Notes: generated by a model not told the origin, from the sequence alone. A stretch of DNA of 64,000 bases from Macrostomum lignano (GCA_002269645.1 NIVC01000020.1:1116001-1180000), one strand, 5' to 3'. Counted from the first letter of the stretch, positions 1 to 13,348 are shown. Program-made: numbers and translations.

Positions 1-1709
1 GTTATCCCATTGCTGCCTGCAGGTGGGATCTGGCGGGGACACTGTTATCCCATTGCTGCCTGCAGGTGGGATCTGGCGGGGACACTGTTATCCCATTGCT
101 GCCTGCAGGTGGGATCTGGCGGGGACACTGTTATCCCATTGCTGCCTACAGGTGGGATCTGGCGGGGACACTGTTATCCCATTGCTGCCTGCAGGTGGGA
201 TCTGGCGGGGACACTGTTATCCCATTGCTGCCTGCAGGTGGGATCTGGTGGGGACACTGTTATCCCATTGCTGCCTGCAGGTGGGATCTGGCGGGGACAC
301 TGTTATCCCATTGCTGCCTACAGGTGGGATCTGGCGGGGACACTGTTATCCCATTGCTGCCTGCAGGTGGGATCTGGCGGGGACACTGTTATCCCATTGC
401 TGCCTGCAGGTGGGATCTGGTGGGGACACTGTTATCCCATTGCTGCCTGCAGGTGGGATCTGGCGGGGACACTGTTATCCCATTGCTGCCTGCAGGTGGG
501 ATCTGGCGGGGACACTGTTATCCCATTGCTGCCTGCAGGTGGGATCTGGCGGGGACACTGTTATCCCATTGCTGCCTGCAGGTGGGATCTGGCGGGGACA
601 CTGTTATCCCATTGCTGCCTACAGGTGGGATCTGGCGGGGACACTGTTATCCCATTGCTGCCTGCAGGTGGGATCTGGCGGGGACACTGTTATCCCATTG
701 CTGCCTGCAGGTGGGATCTGGCGGGGACACTGTTATCCCATTGCTGCCTGCAGGTGGAATCTGGCGGGGACACTGTTATCCCATTGCTGCCTGCAGGTGG
801 GATCTGGCGGGGACACTGTTATCCCATTGCTGCCTGCAGGTGGGATCTGGCGGGGACACTGTTATCCCATTGCTGCCTACAGGTGGGATCTGGCGGGGAC
901 ACTGTTATCCCATTGCTGCCTGCAGGTGGGATCTGGCGGGGACACTGTTATCCCATTGCTGCCTACAGGTGGGATCTGGCGGGGACACTGTTATCCCATT
1001 GCTGCCTGCAGGTGGGATCTGGCGGGGACACTGTTATCCCATTGCTGCCTACAGGTGGGATCTGGCGGGGACACTGTTATCCCATTGCTGCCTGCAGGTG
1101 GGATCTGGCGGGGACACTGTTATCCCATTGCTGCCTACAGGTGGGATCTGGCGGGGACACTGTTATCCCATTGCTGCCTGCAGGTGGGATCTGGCGGGGA
1201 CACTGTTATCCCATTGCTGCCTGCAGGTGGGATCTGGCGGGGACACTGTTATCCCATTGCTGCCTGCAGGTGGGATCTGGTGGGGACACTGTTATCCCAT
1301 TGCTGCCTGCAGGTGGGATCTGGTGGGGACACTGTTATCCCATTGCTGCCTGCAGGTGGGATCTGGCGGGGACACTGTTATCCCATTGCTGCCTGCAGGT
1401 GGGAACTGGCGGGGACACTGTTATCCCATTGCTGCCTGCAGGTGGGATCTGGCGGGGACACTGTTATCCCATTGCTGCCTGCAGGTGGGGACACTGTTAT
1501 CCCATTGCTGCCTGCAGGTGGGATCTGGCGGGGACACTGTTATCCCATTGCTGCCTGCAGGTGGGATCTGGCGGGGACACTGTTATCCCATTGCTGCCTG
1601 CAGGTGGGATCTGGCGGGGACACTGTTATCCCATTGCTGCCTGCAGGTGGGATCTGGCCGGGACACTGTTATCCCATTGCTGCCTGCAGGTGGGATCCGG
1701 CGGGGACAC
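1..1709. repeat. 43-bp minisatellite, ~40 copies, runs off the window start
   Basis: Unit GTGGGATCTGGCGGGGACACTGTTATCCCATTGCTGCCTGCAG, near-identical copies, one truncated unit near 1490. Confidence 0.98.
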
Positions 1710-2220
1710 AAGGAAATTTTTATAAACCGCTCCCCTAATTCCAAGGGTTAGGGGAAATCCACCGGTGATCCGCGGGATAATCATTGTGTTCCCCATCGCC
1801 TGGGAAGCCGCTATTACGCGCGATGAAATGCTAAACTGAAAATAAAGATGCTGCAAGCAACGACATTAATTTATTGGTATTAAAATCTAGCATTTGAGAA
1901 ATTAAACAACAATCAGACACCCCGCGAGTACTGCTCAGGGCTGGCGGATCTTTGAGTGCAATCGGACTAATTTAACACAAGGTAATAATGGAGTGCGTAT
2001 ATAAATAAATACTGAAGTAAAATATTGCGGAGCACAGCTGCGAATGCAGAAGTTATTATGGGAATTTCTAGGACTAATATGCTAACAATTATCGGCAGTA
2101 ATTAAAATAAAAAATAATGGGCGCTGAAGCCACCGAGGTGCTTCTAAACAAAAATTAGCAGTCTGACTGCGCTAAACTGCTTTGTTTATCCACTGCAGGT
2201 AACCAATGAGTTGGACTCCT

Positions 2221-2631
2221 GGGTCCGCTTAATCCTATTTCAGGGTCCGCTCAATCCCATTTCAGGGTCCGCTCAATCCTACTTTAGGGTCCACTAAATC
2301 CTACTTCAGGGTCCGCTCAATCCTACTTTAGGGTCCACTCAATCTTACTTCAGGGTCCGCTCAATCCTACTTCAGGGTCCGCTCAATCTTACTTCAGGGT
2401 CCGCTCAATTCTACTTCAGGGATCGCTCAACCCTACTTCAGGGTCCACTCAATCCTACTTCAGGATCCGCTCAATCCTACTTCAGGGTCCACTCAATCCT
2501 ACTTCAGGATCCGCTCAATCCTACTTCAGGATCCGCTCAATCCTACTTCAGGGTCCGCTCAATCCTACTTCAGGGTCCACTTAATCCTACTTCAGGGTCC
2601 ACCCAATCTTACTTCAGGGTCCACTCAATCA
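2221..2631. repeat. 22-bp minisatellite, ~19 copies
   Basis: Unit GGGTCCGCTCAATCCTACTTCA with point variants. Confidence 0.95.
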
Positions 2632-3126
2632 TGAAATTTAACGCCTAGCGCTTTGAGCGACTAAAAATGATGCACTAATTCTGCTGACATGAATGAAGTT
2701 GTGGTTAAACACGTGCATAGGATAGGCTGCATAAGCAGCTAGGGTTTACCCCCAGGTGCTTAATCATATTCGGCTGCTCATGCACAGAACTCGAACTCAA
2801 AAAACGGATGGGTACAACAGATAGCTACACTAAAACAAATATTTTATGAAAAAACATGAAAACTGCGCCAGTAAGGGCAACACAAAAGTGCATGCCGGGC
2901 GTTAGCAAACAGGTATGGCTGACACGATAGTTAATACCTGACCGGCTGGCTGGCTACTCTGTGCGGAACTCTGCGGGGTTCAAAAATTAATTGGATTGGC
3001 GATTGCGGGCTCGGCAATGAACGACCTCGGGCTGGACGGGCGGCAAGCTCTGAAAATCCTGGATATGAGCTGGCAATCTGGGACTGATTGGCAGAAGGCG
3101 GGGAGGTCCTGGCAACTGCGGCTTAC

Positions 3127-4230
3127 CTCAAGTATAGCCTGGGTGGCGTTCTGCTGTTGCGTCTGCATGACCTCCTTGGCGGACTGGAATGACTCTCGCA
3201 GGCTGCTGATGACGCCTTCGTACTCTGATGAAGTGGGAAGGGTGAGGGCGACTTGGTGCGGGCTCCATTTTTAGGCTTTTTGGGGCCAGCTCTCCCAGCT
3301 ATTCGGGGACGGTTTTCTGAGCTATTCGGGGACGGTTCTCTGAGCTATTCGGGGACGGTTCTCTGAGATATTCGGGGACGGTTCTCTGAGATATTCGGGG
3401 ACGGTTCTCTGAGATATTCGGGGACGGTTCTCTGAGATTTTCGGGGACGGTTCTCTGAGCTATTCGGGGACGGTTCTCTGAGCTATTCGGGGACGGTTCT
3501 CTGAGCTTTTCGGGGACTGTTCTCTGAGCTATTCGGGGACGGTTCTCTGTGATATTCGGGGACGGTTCTCTGAGATATTCGGGGACGGTTCTCTGAGATA
3601 TTCGGGGACGGTTCTCTGAGATATTCGGGGACGGTTCTCTGAGATATTCGGGGACGGTTCTCTGAGATATTCGGTAGGTTCTCTGAGATATTCGGGGACG
3701 GTTCTCTGAGATATTCGGTAGGTTCTCTGAGATATTCGGAGGCGGTTCTCTGAGATATTTCAAAGCAAAAAAGGTATGCTCAGCGTCATGCAGCATTACT
3801 GGAAGCGCGGTGCCTCACCCGCTTTTTGCTTGTCCAGCGCCCGCCGCAGCTCGTCAATGGTGGCGGACTTTTGGCGCACCAGCGTGGCCAGGTCCGTCAC
3901 TGTCATCTTGCGCTTGCCAGCATCCTTTCTGCCCTGCTGCTGCTGCTCACTTGCAGACTGGCCACTATCCATCGATTCTGTGGATGGTGTCCGCTTTACA
4001 TCTGGTGGGCGGTGAGATCAAAGGGTTTATATCTACAACAAAATCCTATGCAGTTATTGAATACAAAATGTAAAGACAAAATACAATACTTGCCAGCAGG
4101 GGGACTCATGTAAGCCGCTGACAGTGACTTGACAGGTGGGAACTGTGTTGGCTTGAGCTTGTCAAACAGAGATGCACCCGCATTGGGTCTCTTAGCCATG
4201 GGGGCAGCTGGTCTGGCACTCACTTTGTGG
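3127..4230 (-). CDS. Partial multi-exon gene, coiled-coil protein of unknown identity
   Basis: Exons 3819-4001 and 3127-3224 have GT/AG boundaries and matching phase, giving ...DVKRTPSTESMDSG...TDLATLVRQKSATIDELRRALDKQKAEYEGVISSLRESFQSAKEVMQTQQQNATQAILE. An upstream exon ends at 4094 if a GC donor (G|GCAAGT) is used. Start and end not resolved. Confidence 0.6.
3299..3757. repeat. 23-bp intronic minisatellite, ~20 copies
   Basis: Unit ATTCGGGGACGGTTCTCTGAGAT, between exons 3127-3224 and 3819-4001. Confidence 0.95.
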
Positions 4231-5462
4231 CTTAATGTCAAGGAAGTTTAGGCAGAAATAATTAATCAATGTATAATCAACAAAGAAATAATCTTTCTTC
4301 TAAAGGAAAGAGTTTTTTCTAGAATTTTTCTTAACAACAAAGGAATAACATAGGCATATTAGAATTCTATCAAATGCTAAGAAATATTGTTTTGTAGGTT
4401 TTTATCAACAAGTTAAAATGTCTATTTGTTTTGAAATATCTTAAAAATAAGAACTTATATAAAGCAACTCATTTTGTTAAAGGATTAGACACATGAAGAA
4501 TGATAACTTTAACTAGGCCTATAACAAGTTGCTAAGCCATATAAAAGAAACAAATCCTAAGGTAGGGACTCCCAGTGAGACTTTGAAAGTTCAAAAAGTA
4601 TAATATCTTTTGATAAATTATGATATAGCTTGAATGTATTGAGTAAAATGACACTTCGCTTTTGAAATTTGGTCTAGAATTAAAAAAGTTAGAAAAGTTT
4701 TTGTGTACAATGCAGTATAGCTACTTTTCAATATAGTTTTGCCATAAGGGCTTGTGTCTGCATTAAAAAACCTGTAATACTAGACTTAAAAAGCAAGACC
4801 ACCTTTTTAAATATGAATTTTGAAAGACTTATCTTACAATCGATTTAATTTCTATTAAAACTAGATATAAAGTAAAAAATTGTATTTCTAATTCTAATTC
4901 TAAAAAATCTTGTTAATACTCGCACTTGTACATCCAGATATTTATAGACTTTACTCATAAGCTACACATTTTATTTTGAACACAAAAAACAAAATATTTA
5001 AGTCTGTTGCAAAGGCTCAATCCTTTATATTTTTATTATTATATATCATTTATATTATCCTTTATATTATAATGGCTTATAATTTTTTTGTTATCGTCGC
5101 ATAAAATCGAAAATCTACAATGATACTTAATGATTTTAACATAGGATCTCTAAATCTTAGCATAAGTTTGCTGTAATAATCACATAAAATCATATGCTCA
5201 AACCATTTCAGTTTAGTAAGCTTTTTTACCAGTATTTTTTGTTTTTTGACAGCTTTCTAGAAACCTGGAAAAGTTTTAAAAGATTCGGATACGGATCAAC
5301 TTAACCGCCGGTCATAAATTAAAATTACTCCAAGTTTCAAGTTTCCTCTAAGTAAATATGGCATGTCGATGCATTTCCTTAAATTGCGTATCCAGTATTA
5401 GCTTTTGTGCAGAAACTGTCAAGTCTACTTGTTTAAGACTTACTTGTTCTACTTGTTTAAAA

Positions 5463-5630
5463 CAGTAGCGGATTTAGGCGCAAAGGGCGCACCCCCTGAC
5501 TCCTGAGAGTTGAGCCTCTAGATATTTTGTTTTTTATAGGCGTTTTATGTTTTCTAAAAATAAACACTCAAAAGTAAAGATACCTTATTAATCTGCGCTC
5601 CCCATTTAAAATTTTCTGGATCTGTGCATG
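5463..5630. mobile_element. Degenerate MITE, 168 bp, hAT-like
   Basis: Imperfect TIRs CAGTAGCGGATTTAG / CTGGATCTGTGCATG; 8-bp flanks GTTTAAAA and GTTTGAAA (1 mismatch). Confidence 0.55.
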
Positions 5631-6189
5631 GTTTGAAATATGCACATTATCAGACTGGCACTTTGTAGCAAATACAAGCTCACAATCATTTACATATATT
5701 TAATATTTCTCCCATTTAAATAATTGTAAACCAGTGAAGATATAGGATCCTCTTCAATGAACATTTGCATAGTATGAACATCCCACTGTCTCTTTGTATC
5801 ATTTCATTCCATATGTATTAGTATTTGGCATTGGATCCTTTGATGACTAAAAAATAAAGAAGATTATAGTGATGTTAGATTGTTGGTTTGATATAGTCCT
5901 ATGATTAAAATGACTGCTTTATTTTCTTATATTTTTCTAATGAAGATCATCCAAATTTTTAATAATCAAAAACTAAAGAAATGCCATTGTTTTTATGTTT
6001 AAGCCTATTTGATTTTTTAAATAATTCCTTGTCATTGAACTGAACTTGTATATTAAATTTAGTCATATTTGTTATGTTGCTTATAGCTAAGGTTTCTATT
6101 AGAATGCTATTATCACTTTGGCAACCATGTTAGACCATTTTATTTAATATCTAAATATATAAATTTAACAAAATAAAGATGTAGCTACT

Positions 6190-7268
6190 GGCTCATTCCA
6201 TATAAGCATGGTCGTAACATGACAGGCTATTTTTACTTATAAAATGAAATATAATAATAGAATATACTAAACCAATATTTTAAATGAAAGATAATTTTGT
6301 CAAAAATATTTTTATAGAGTTTCATGTAGATATCATCATTAGTATAGATGCCATACATGCGCAACAGTCGGCCGAGTCGGCCGATCCGGCCGACCGATTT
6401 GGCGGCCAACCAAGGAAGTCGCAAAAATGCCCACCTGAAAAAAACGCAAAGTAGTAGTACTAAGTAGCTGACGAGGCATTTTGACTTAATAAGACAGTTA
6501 TAGTTACTCCTGCCGTTTACCCAAAGTTGCGTTAATTTTGCGTTAGGGTTTTTTTTACATGTAAGTCGCATTTTTGGCCAAAAACTACGTCGCATTTTTG
6601 TTAAAACTAAGTCGCATGGCCGACCGAATTTTGGAGGTTGCGCATGTATGATAGATGCTATTAAACCTTGAATGGCACTTATGGTCGTAACAACAGGATT
6701 TTTGACATATAGAAACTAAAAGGTAAAAGTCTTATAACATTTTTATTTTTGATATTTTGCAATACATTTTTTAAAATTTGACTAAGAACATCTTTAGTAA
6801 TCATACTCTTTTTGTAGAATATATAAACTCAAAAAGGCAACAAAGATACAAAAGAAAAGGCAGCCTTATGGTCGTAACATATTTTTTCTGTCAATTCAGT
6901 AACTTTGAGGTACCAATATATTAAAAATATAATAGATTATTTGGTCACCAATACTTTTATCTGATGATGCAAGTACTATACTTTTATCTATAGTTTGTTT
7001 CAACCTTCCAAAGCTTTCTATTTGTTTTTAAAAGGTACACAAACTTAATGATGTCTTTTGCTTAGAAAAATGTCTAAATTTTTACAAAAATGACTTTTTG
7101 CCACTTGATAGCATACTAATCTAACATTTTATCATTCATTTATTCTTAGATTGTAGATATTACACATAAAAAACATTTGGTAAAAAAATTGGCTGATAAG
7201 GCAATGGCAAGCAAAAATATTGACTTTTTTCTATTTTCCAAAAATGTCCATCTTATATGGAATGAGCC
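6190..7268. mobile_element. Non-autonomous DNA transposon with 17-bp TIRs and 4-bp TSD; superfamily unassigned
   Basis: Perfect TIR GGCTCATTCCATATAAG (6190-6206, inverted at 7252-7268); TACT on both flanks; internal ATGGTCGTAACA at 6208, 6681 and 6868; no transposase ORF. Confidence 0.8.
6352..6650. mobile_element. 299-bp MITE (8-bp TSD, hAT or P type) nested in the 6190-7268 element
   Basis: Perfect 14-bp TIR CATACATGCGCAAC; perfect TSD ATAGATGC at 6344-6351 and 6651-6658. Confidence 0.9.
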
Positions 7269-9900
7269 TACTGCTTAATAACTTTCTATGCTGCAAAAAT
7301 TGAAATTTCCAGTGTATTAATTTTTGTATTTATTATACCATTATTGACTTTCAAACTATTAGACCAAACTAGTAGACCAAATGCTAAACAATTAGACCTA
7401 GTATACTAATTTAATTAATTCAACTAGGGCCTATTGCATTTGAATTAAATATAATCTACAAAGCATTTAAGCTAAATTTGGGGCTTAATTTCTTTGTGTA
7501 CTTTGTAATATATAAAAGTGCTATTGAATTGATCTGCAAAAATTACTGAGTTAGAATTAGGCCTATCAAAGAGCAAATGTACACTTATTTTTGGATCCCT
7601 GTCACTTAACAAATATATTTTATAACAATGATAAGCTTAATCACACAAAACTGCAATCATAAATACATATAGGTAATGATGCAAATTTGGCAGAATAGAA
7701 TATTTAAACAAAACATTAACACTATAAATCTCTATTTTGTATACTACAAAACTGTCCAACAAAGGCAAGAAAGACTTTTATGTGACTTTTGTAGCCTATG
7801 ATATCATAAAAAATATGGCAATGGTATTAGCAAGGTGCAGTATTGCCAGTTTTTTATCAAAGCTATGAATATACTTCCTCTATATGTAGGCTATGTAGCT
7901 GCCAAGTTAAAGCTACTAGGCAAGTAGCTAAAGTTTTGCATCCATATGCAAACAAGTAGGCAAAGCATCTAGATATAGACAATCAGGCAGAATATCCATA
8001 TGTAGACAAGCAGATAAAGTATCCACATGCAGACAAGTAGATAGAATGTCTATATACAGATAAGTTGCCAGTACATCTTCATATAAACGATGATCCTAAT
8101 GAGATAATGATCCTGACAGCAAGCCATCAAGGCTATTATTTTAGATACAATTGTCCATGGCTATGTGTTTCACTTTACATAATCAATTTGGTAAAAAAAT
8201 TCAGTCACAAGGCTTTCAAGAATTGTAAAATAATAATGAAGGACCCAGAATTTATTGTAAGCTTATGGCACTGCCACTCTTACCCAGAAAATAAATTTGC
8301 AACATCTAACTATTAGAAATCCTCTATCACTGAACATTATTAGCTATTATTGCACAAAATGTTTATTTTAGTATATGTACTGAATAATAGATTTGGTTTT
8401 TTGTGAAATACATATTTTTAAATTTTAATCATACCATGTGTATATATACATGAGTACATATTGATCAAAACATTAAATACTCCAAATTATTTACATATAT
8501 AATATATATACAATTTCATCTTTACTTATATCAAATTAATCATTAGGCCAATACTCTTGACACATGGAGATATTCTGAAATGCTAGCAAAAAGACCAGCT
8601 TTGAAGACAATGCAAATTCTGGATGTTGTGGAAGCAGTACCATCAAGGAAGCATTTCTATGCTACATTTTGGGCCATTTTTGTAGCCTCTATAATATATC
8701 TAAAAGTTTTTTAACATATTCTAATAGGCACTAAGGGATAGACATGCCAATTTATATGATACATTCCATATATTAAAAATGATTTTTTGGTATGTATCTT
8801 ATCTATATGTATCTTATGTATTTTATATTATCTTTTAAATTATTACTTGTTTCTATATATGTATCTGCAATGTATATATGATCTATTATCCAAAGTATTA
8901 ATATTAAAAAAGAACCAATAGAAATGAAGTCAGGTGCAACTTATAATGAATGCATAAATGCAACTAAGGAAAAGCTTGTATTTTGCAAATTATTAGATAG
9001 CAATATGAATATTTAGTTTTTTTAGCAAAAGGCAAACAATAAAGTGTATATGATTAGGGATAAAGTGAGCATACAATCAGATACAAATACATGATCAATG
9101 ATTAGGGATAAGGTGAGCATACAATCAGATACAAATACATGATCATTTATACAACTCATTAAAAGAATTAAAGCAAAAGCAGACATTTCAAAATCAGTTG
9201 TTTAATAGCATATAATGTTATATAAAAGAAATAAAACAATGATAAAACAATGATAAAGTATTATTTATTCATTTAGTGTATAGGAAAATATGTATAAATA
9301 TACTTGTAACTAAACAAAATATAATTAATATTAAAATAGTTGTCAATAAAAAAAAATCATTTTAATCTATATAGTTAGAAGTTTTTATTTCATTTTATTA
9401 AAAGTAAAAAAATTGTTCTTATTGTATAATGTATTTAAGTTTATAATCAAAATATTCTCAGGCATAATTATGATAAAATATTGCATTAAACAAGCTTGGG
9501 TAATGTTTAAGGCTTAGTCTATGTAGGCATTGTAGGGTAATAAAAATTGCACTTTTTTTAGTCAAGTATGTACCAAAAATGATCTGTTTATTATCTTTTT
9601 TGTATTTAGCTCATTTGTTATTGTTGTTGGTTTGAGTTTGGTGCATGCAGACATGGTTAAGGATCAGCCAATTAGAATAGATTAGGTGGCAACAGCATAA
9701 AATTCCACCCCAGTTGCTGAGTCAGTTGAGCTTGAGGAATAATCCATTGGCCCATTTGTTATCAGCCAATCCTCACCTTGAGATCCCTGGGGAGGCCGCA
9801 TGTCAGGCTTGGGGGAGGCCGAGGACAGGGATTTCTGCCTAGGTACTGGGGCTGATTGATGCAGTGGAAGCTGAGCCCGGCTGAGATGGGCTAAGCAGCT

Positions 9901-10350
9901 ATGATGAAGCCGGAGTGCCTGCAGCGCCAGCAGCTTCAGCAGCTCCGCCGACGCCGCCTTTCAGCGGGCTCGGCCGCATCTGGCATGACGGCAACGAGGC
10001 TGACCCGAGTTGAGGAGGAGGACGGCGACAGGGAGAACCCGTTCCGGCCGGGCGGCCAGCTCGCCCAGGAGGCGGCCGGATTCGTGGCGCAGAGCGACCC
10101 GGCTTCGCCAGCAGCAGCGGCGGGGGACGCGGCGCCAGCCAGCAACGGCAAGGAGAGCCAGGTGGCCTCGCCGCGGGCGCTGGAGGACACGGTGCGCCTG
10201 GTGACCACGCCGGCGCCTGGAGGCGGCGACGGCTTGGCGGCCACCGAAGGCGAGGTTGCGATGGCGCTGAATCGGCCGGAGCAGGCCGAGAAAGTCGAGC
10301 TGGGCGGCAGTGGCGGCCGCAAAGGCCGCGGCTGCTGTCTGCTGATGTAG
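9901..10350 (+). CDS. Small, probably disordered protein with ENPF motif and C-terminal CaaX (CCLLM)
   Basis: 149-aa GC-rich ORF. DRENPFRPGG motif; basic stretch RKGRG then CCLLM-stop, the typical prenylation/palmitoylation signature. Confidence 0.65.
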   Translation: MMKPECLQRQQLQQLRRRRLSAGSAASGMTATRLTRVEEEDGDRENPFRPGGQLAQEAAGFVAQSDPASPAAAAGDAAPASNGKESQVASPRALEDTVRLVTTPAPGGGDGLAATEGEVAMALNRPEQAEKVELGGSGGRKGRGCCLLM

Positions 10351-10469
10351 CTGATCGCATAACTTCTTCCACTTGCTCACCAGCGGGCTCGCGATATTAG
10401 CGGGTCGGCCCAGCCTCCGAGCTACTTTCGCATCGGACCGAGTGGCCGGCCGTCCAGGCCTCCCCTCTG

Positions 10470-10483
10470 GTCTCCATGGCAAC
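10470..10483. promoter_or_regulatory. Candidate RFX X-box
   Basis: GTCTCCATGGCAAC matches the GTYNCYATRGNAAC consensus. Confidence 0.45.
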
Positions 10484-11344
10484 AGCGGCTACGGCGCGGG
10501 TCATTGTAATTAACTAACGGATTAATTTGCATTAAGCTTGATAGAACTGCCTATTTATTGTCTATCAGTTCTCCCTTACTGAATGCGTGGGCTGTCATTA
10601 GCCCTGATTCTGCTGCCGTTGCCGAGTTTCCTTGCGCATATCTGCGGCTTCAATCCCCCCTCCCCAACAGCTGCCGTCTCTGTAAGCCATAGGCTTGTGT
10701 CCCAGCCTCCCTGACCATCTATTATCTTCACTTCATCATCATCATCTGTCCGGCGGTACTCCCGTGCACTTCTCCTCTCCCCCAGAGATCCTTCATCAGT
10801 TTGGCTTCCAGCCTCCCTCTCTCCCATTCCCAGCCACCAAATTCTTATCTAGTATTTTTATAATTAGCAATATTGCCGATTTTTAATTTTGCTTTGCCCC
10901 GCCTGCCTGTGCAATATTGGCTGCAAATCTGCAGTGTTTTTAATCGAACAGCCCTAGTCAGAGCCAGCCGCTGTTTTTTGTACGCCGCTTTGCTCTATTC
11001 GGATATTTATAAATACAGAAATCATGAGAGCTTCTTGTGCCCGCCATTCTGGCCTTCTGTCTGCCTTGCTAGATTTCTGCCCGACCTTGAAACGTTCTAC
11101 TGGCTTCGTTGACTCCCACTGTCTGTTACTGGGTGTGCGGCAGGGTGGGGGACAGTCAGGGGGCAGAGTTCGCACCGCCTCCGTGCCAATGCTGCCAGCC
11201 CAGTTCATCTTGTCTCTGATCTGCTGCGTGCGAGATCATTCCTGTGCCCTTGAAATGCACTGGCACAATGCTTGGTGCCAAGTCAGCTGGTCCGTCTGCT
11301 GCGTTTCCTGCCTGCCTGCTGCTTTTAGGCTGGCTGCCTCAGAT

Positions 11345-12350
11345 AAGTGTCCTATGAGATTGATTTGCCCCCAGATGAGTCTCATGAGATTGATTGAACC
11401 CCAGATGAGCATCCTATGAGATTGATTGACCCCCAGATGAGTCTCATGAGATTGATTGACCCCCAGATGAGCATCCTATGAGATTGATTGACACCCAGAT
11501 GAGTCTCCTATGAGATTGATTGACCCCCAGATGAGTCTCATGAGATTGATTTGCCCCCAGATGAGTCTCATGAGATTGATTGAACCCCAGATGAGCATCT
11601 TATGAGATTGATTGACCCCCAGATGAGTCTCATGAGATTGATTGAACCCCAGATGAGCATCCTATGAGATTGATTGACACCCAGATGAGTCTCCTATAAG
11701 ATTGATTGACCCCCAGATGAGCATCCTATGAGATTGATTGACACCCAGATGAGTCTCCTATAAGATTGATTGACCCCTAGATGAGTCTCCTATGAGATTG
11801 ATTGACCCCCAGATGAGTCTCCTATAAGATTGATTGACCCCCAGATGAGTCTCCTATGAGATTGCTTGACCCCCAGATGTCTCCTATGAGATTGCTTGAC
11901 CCCCAGATGAGTCTCATGAGATTGATTTGCCCCCAGATGAGTCTCATGAGATTGCTTGACCCCCAGATGAGTCTCCTATGAGATTGCTTGACCCCCAGAT
12001 GAGTCTCCTATGAGATTGATTGACCCCCAGATGAGTCTCCTATGGGATTGATTGACCCCCAGATGAGTCTCTTATGAGATTGATTGACCCCCAGATGAGT
12101 CTCTTATGAGATTGATTGACCCCCAGATGAGTCTCCTATGAGATTGATTGACCCCCAGATGAGTCTCCTATGGGATTGATTGACCCCCAGATGAGTCTCC
12201 TATGAGATTGCTTGACCCCCAGATGAGTCTCCTATGAGAATGCTTGACCCCCAGATGAGTCTCCTATGAGATTGATTGACCCCCAGATGAGTCTCTTATG
12301 AGATTGATTGCCCCCCTCCGATCGGTCTCCTATGAGATTGATCGGCCCCA
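11345..12350. repeat. ~29-33-bp minisatellite, mixed unit lengths
   Basis: Unit ATGAGTCTC(CT)ATGAGATTGATTGACCCCCAG. Confidence 0.95.
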
Positions 12351-12989
12351 GATGAGCCTCCCAGTGAAATTGCGAGACTCGACTGTCTTTTACCTGAGCG
12401 ATTGCGCAACTCGCAGTTAGTGTATTTTGGGAAATCCGATCGCAGCGAATGCCAACAACGGGACTGCGGGCACCAGCTGCCTGCTAGAGCTGCTGAGAGC
12501 AATCCGGGAGTCTCCGGTCGGTCTGTGTTTGCGCCGCGCTGATCAGCTGTCGGACACGTGTTGGCGGCATTCTCGGTTCCCAGCGGGCTTGCAAAATGTT
12601 TGGCTGGGCACCCGGCTGCCAGGAAATTGCTGCCGCTCGCCGAACGGTTAGGGAGGAGACCAGGGATTTCTGGCTCAAGTGGCTGCAAGAGGTCTTCAGT
12701 TATCCGCTGGGCATTCAGCTTGGCTTTGGCTGAGGCTGATGCTTATTAGGGGCAGGTCACGAACTGAATTGGACCAACGGTCCTTCGCTTCTATCAGCTT
12801 CAGCGATCGAGCTTGCATTTCCAGGTCTCGTGACTGACTTAAATAACTGGGTAGTCTTTAGGACCGTTCAAAGTTAAGATTGCTTGATTGCTTAGATGTG
12901 TAGCCCTGCTTGTCTTCTCGCTGGCTGCGGCTTGGCTGTTGCCTGTTCCTGATCATTGACTGCCCCCTAGTCTCATAGAAGTCTTCTAT

Positions 12990-13348
12990 ATCCCCCAGAT
13001 GAGTCTTCTACAAGATTGATTGCCCCCAGATGAGTCTCGTGAGATTGATTGCCCCCAGATGAGTCTCGTGAGATTGATTGCCCCCAGATGAGTCTCGTGA
13101 GATTGATTGCCCCCAGATGAGTCTCGTGAGATTGATTGCCCCCAGATGAGTCTCGTGAGATTGATTGCCCCCAGATGAGTCTCGTGAGATTGATTGCCCC
13201 CAGATGAGTCTCGTGAGATTGATTGCCCTCAGATGAGTCTCGTGAGATTGATTGCCCCCAGATGAGTCTCGTGAGATTGATTGCCCCCAGATGAGTCTCG
13301 TGAGATTGATTGCCCCCAGATGAGTCTCGTGAGATTGATTGCCCCCAG
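12990..13348. repeat. 29-bp minisatellite, ~12 copies, same family as 11345-12350
   Basis: Unit ATGAGTCTCGTGAGATTGATTGCCCCCAG. Confidence 0.95.

Noticed and set aside
10-1751. Three 560-570-aa ORFs
   Set aside because: Translations of a 43-bp stop-free repeat; the same peptide cycles through all three frames
9048-9146. ~50-bp direct duplication ATGATTAGGGATAA...CATGATCA
   Set aside because: Ordinary local slippage; the single TTAGGG per copy is not a telomeric array
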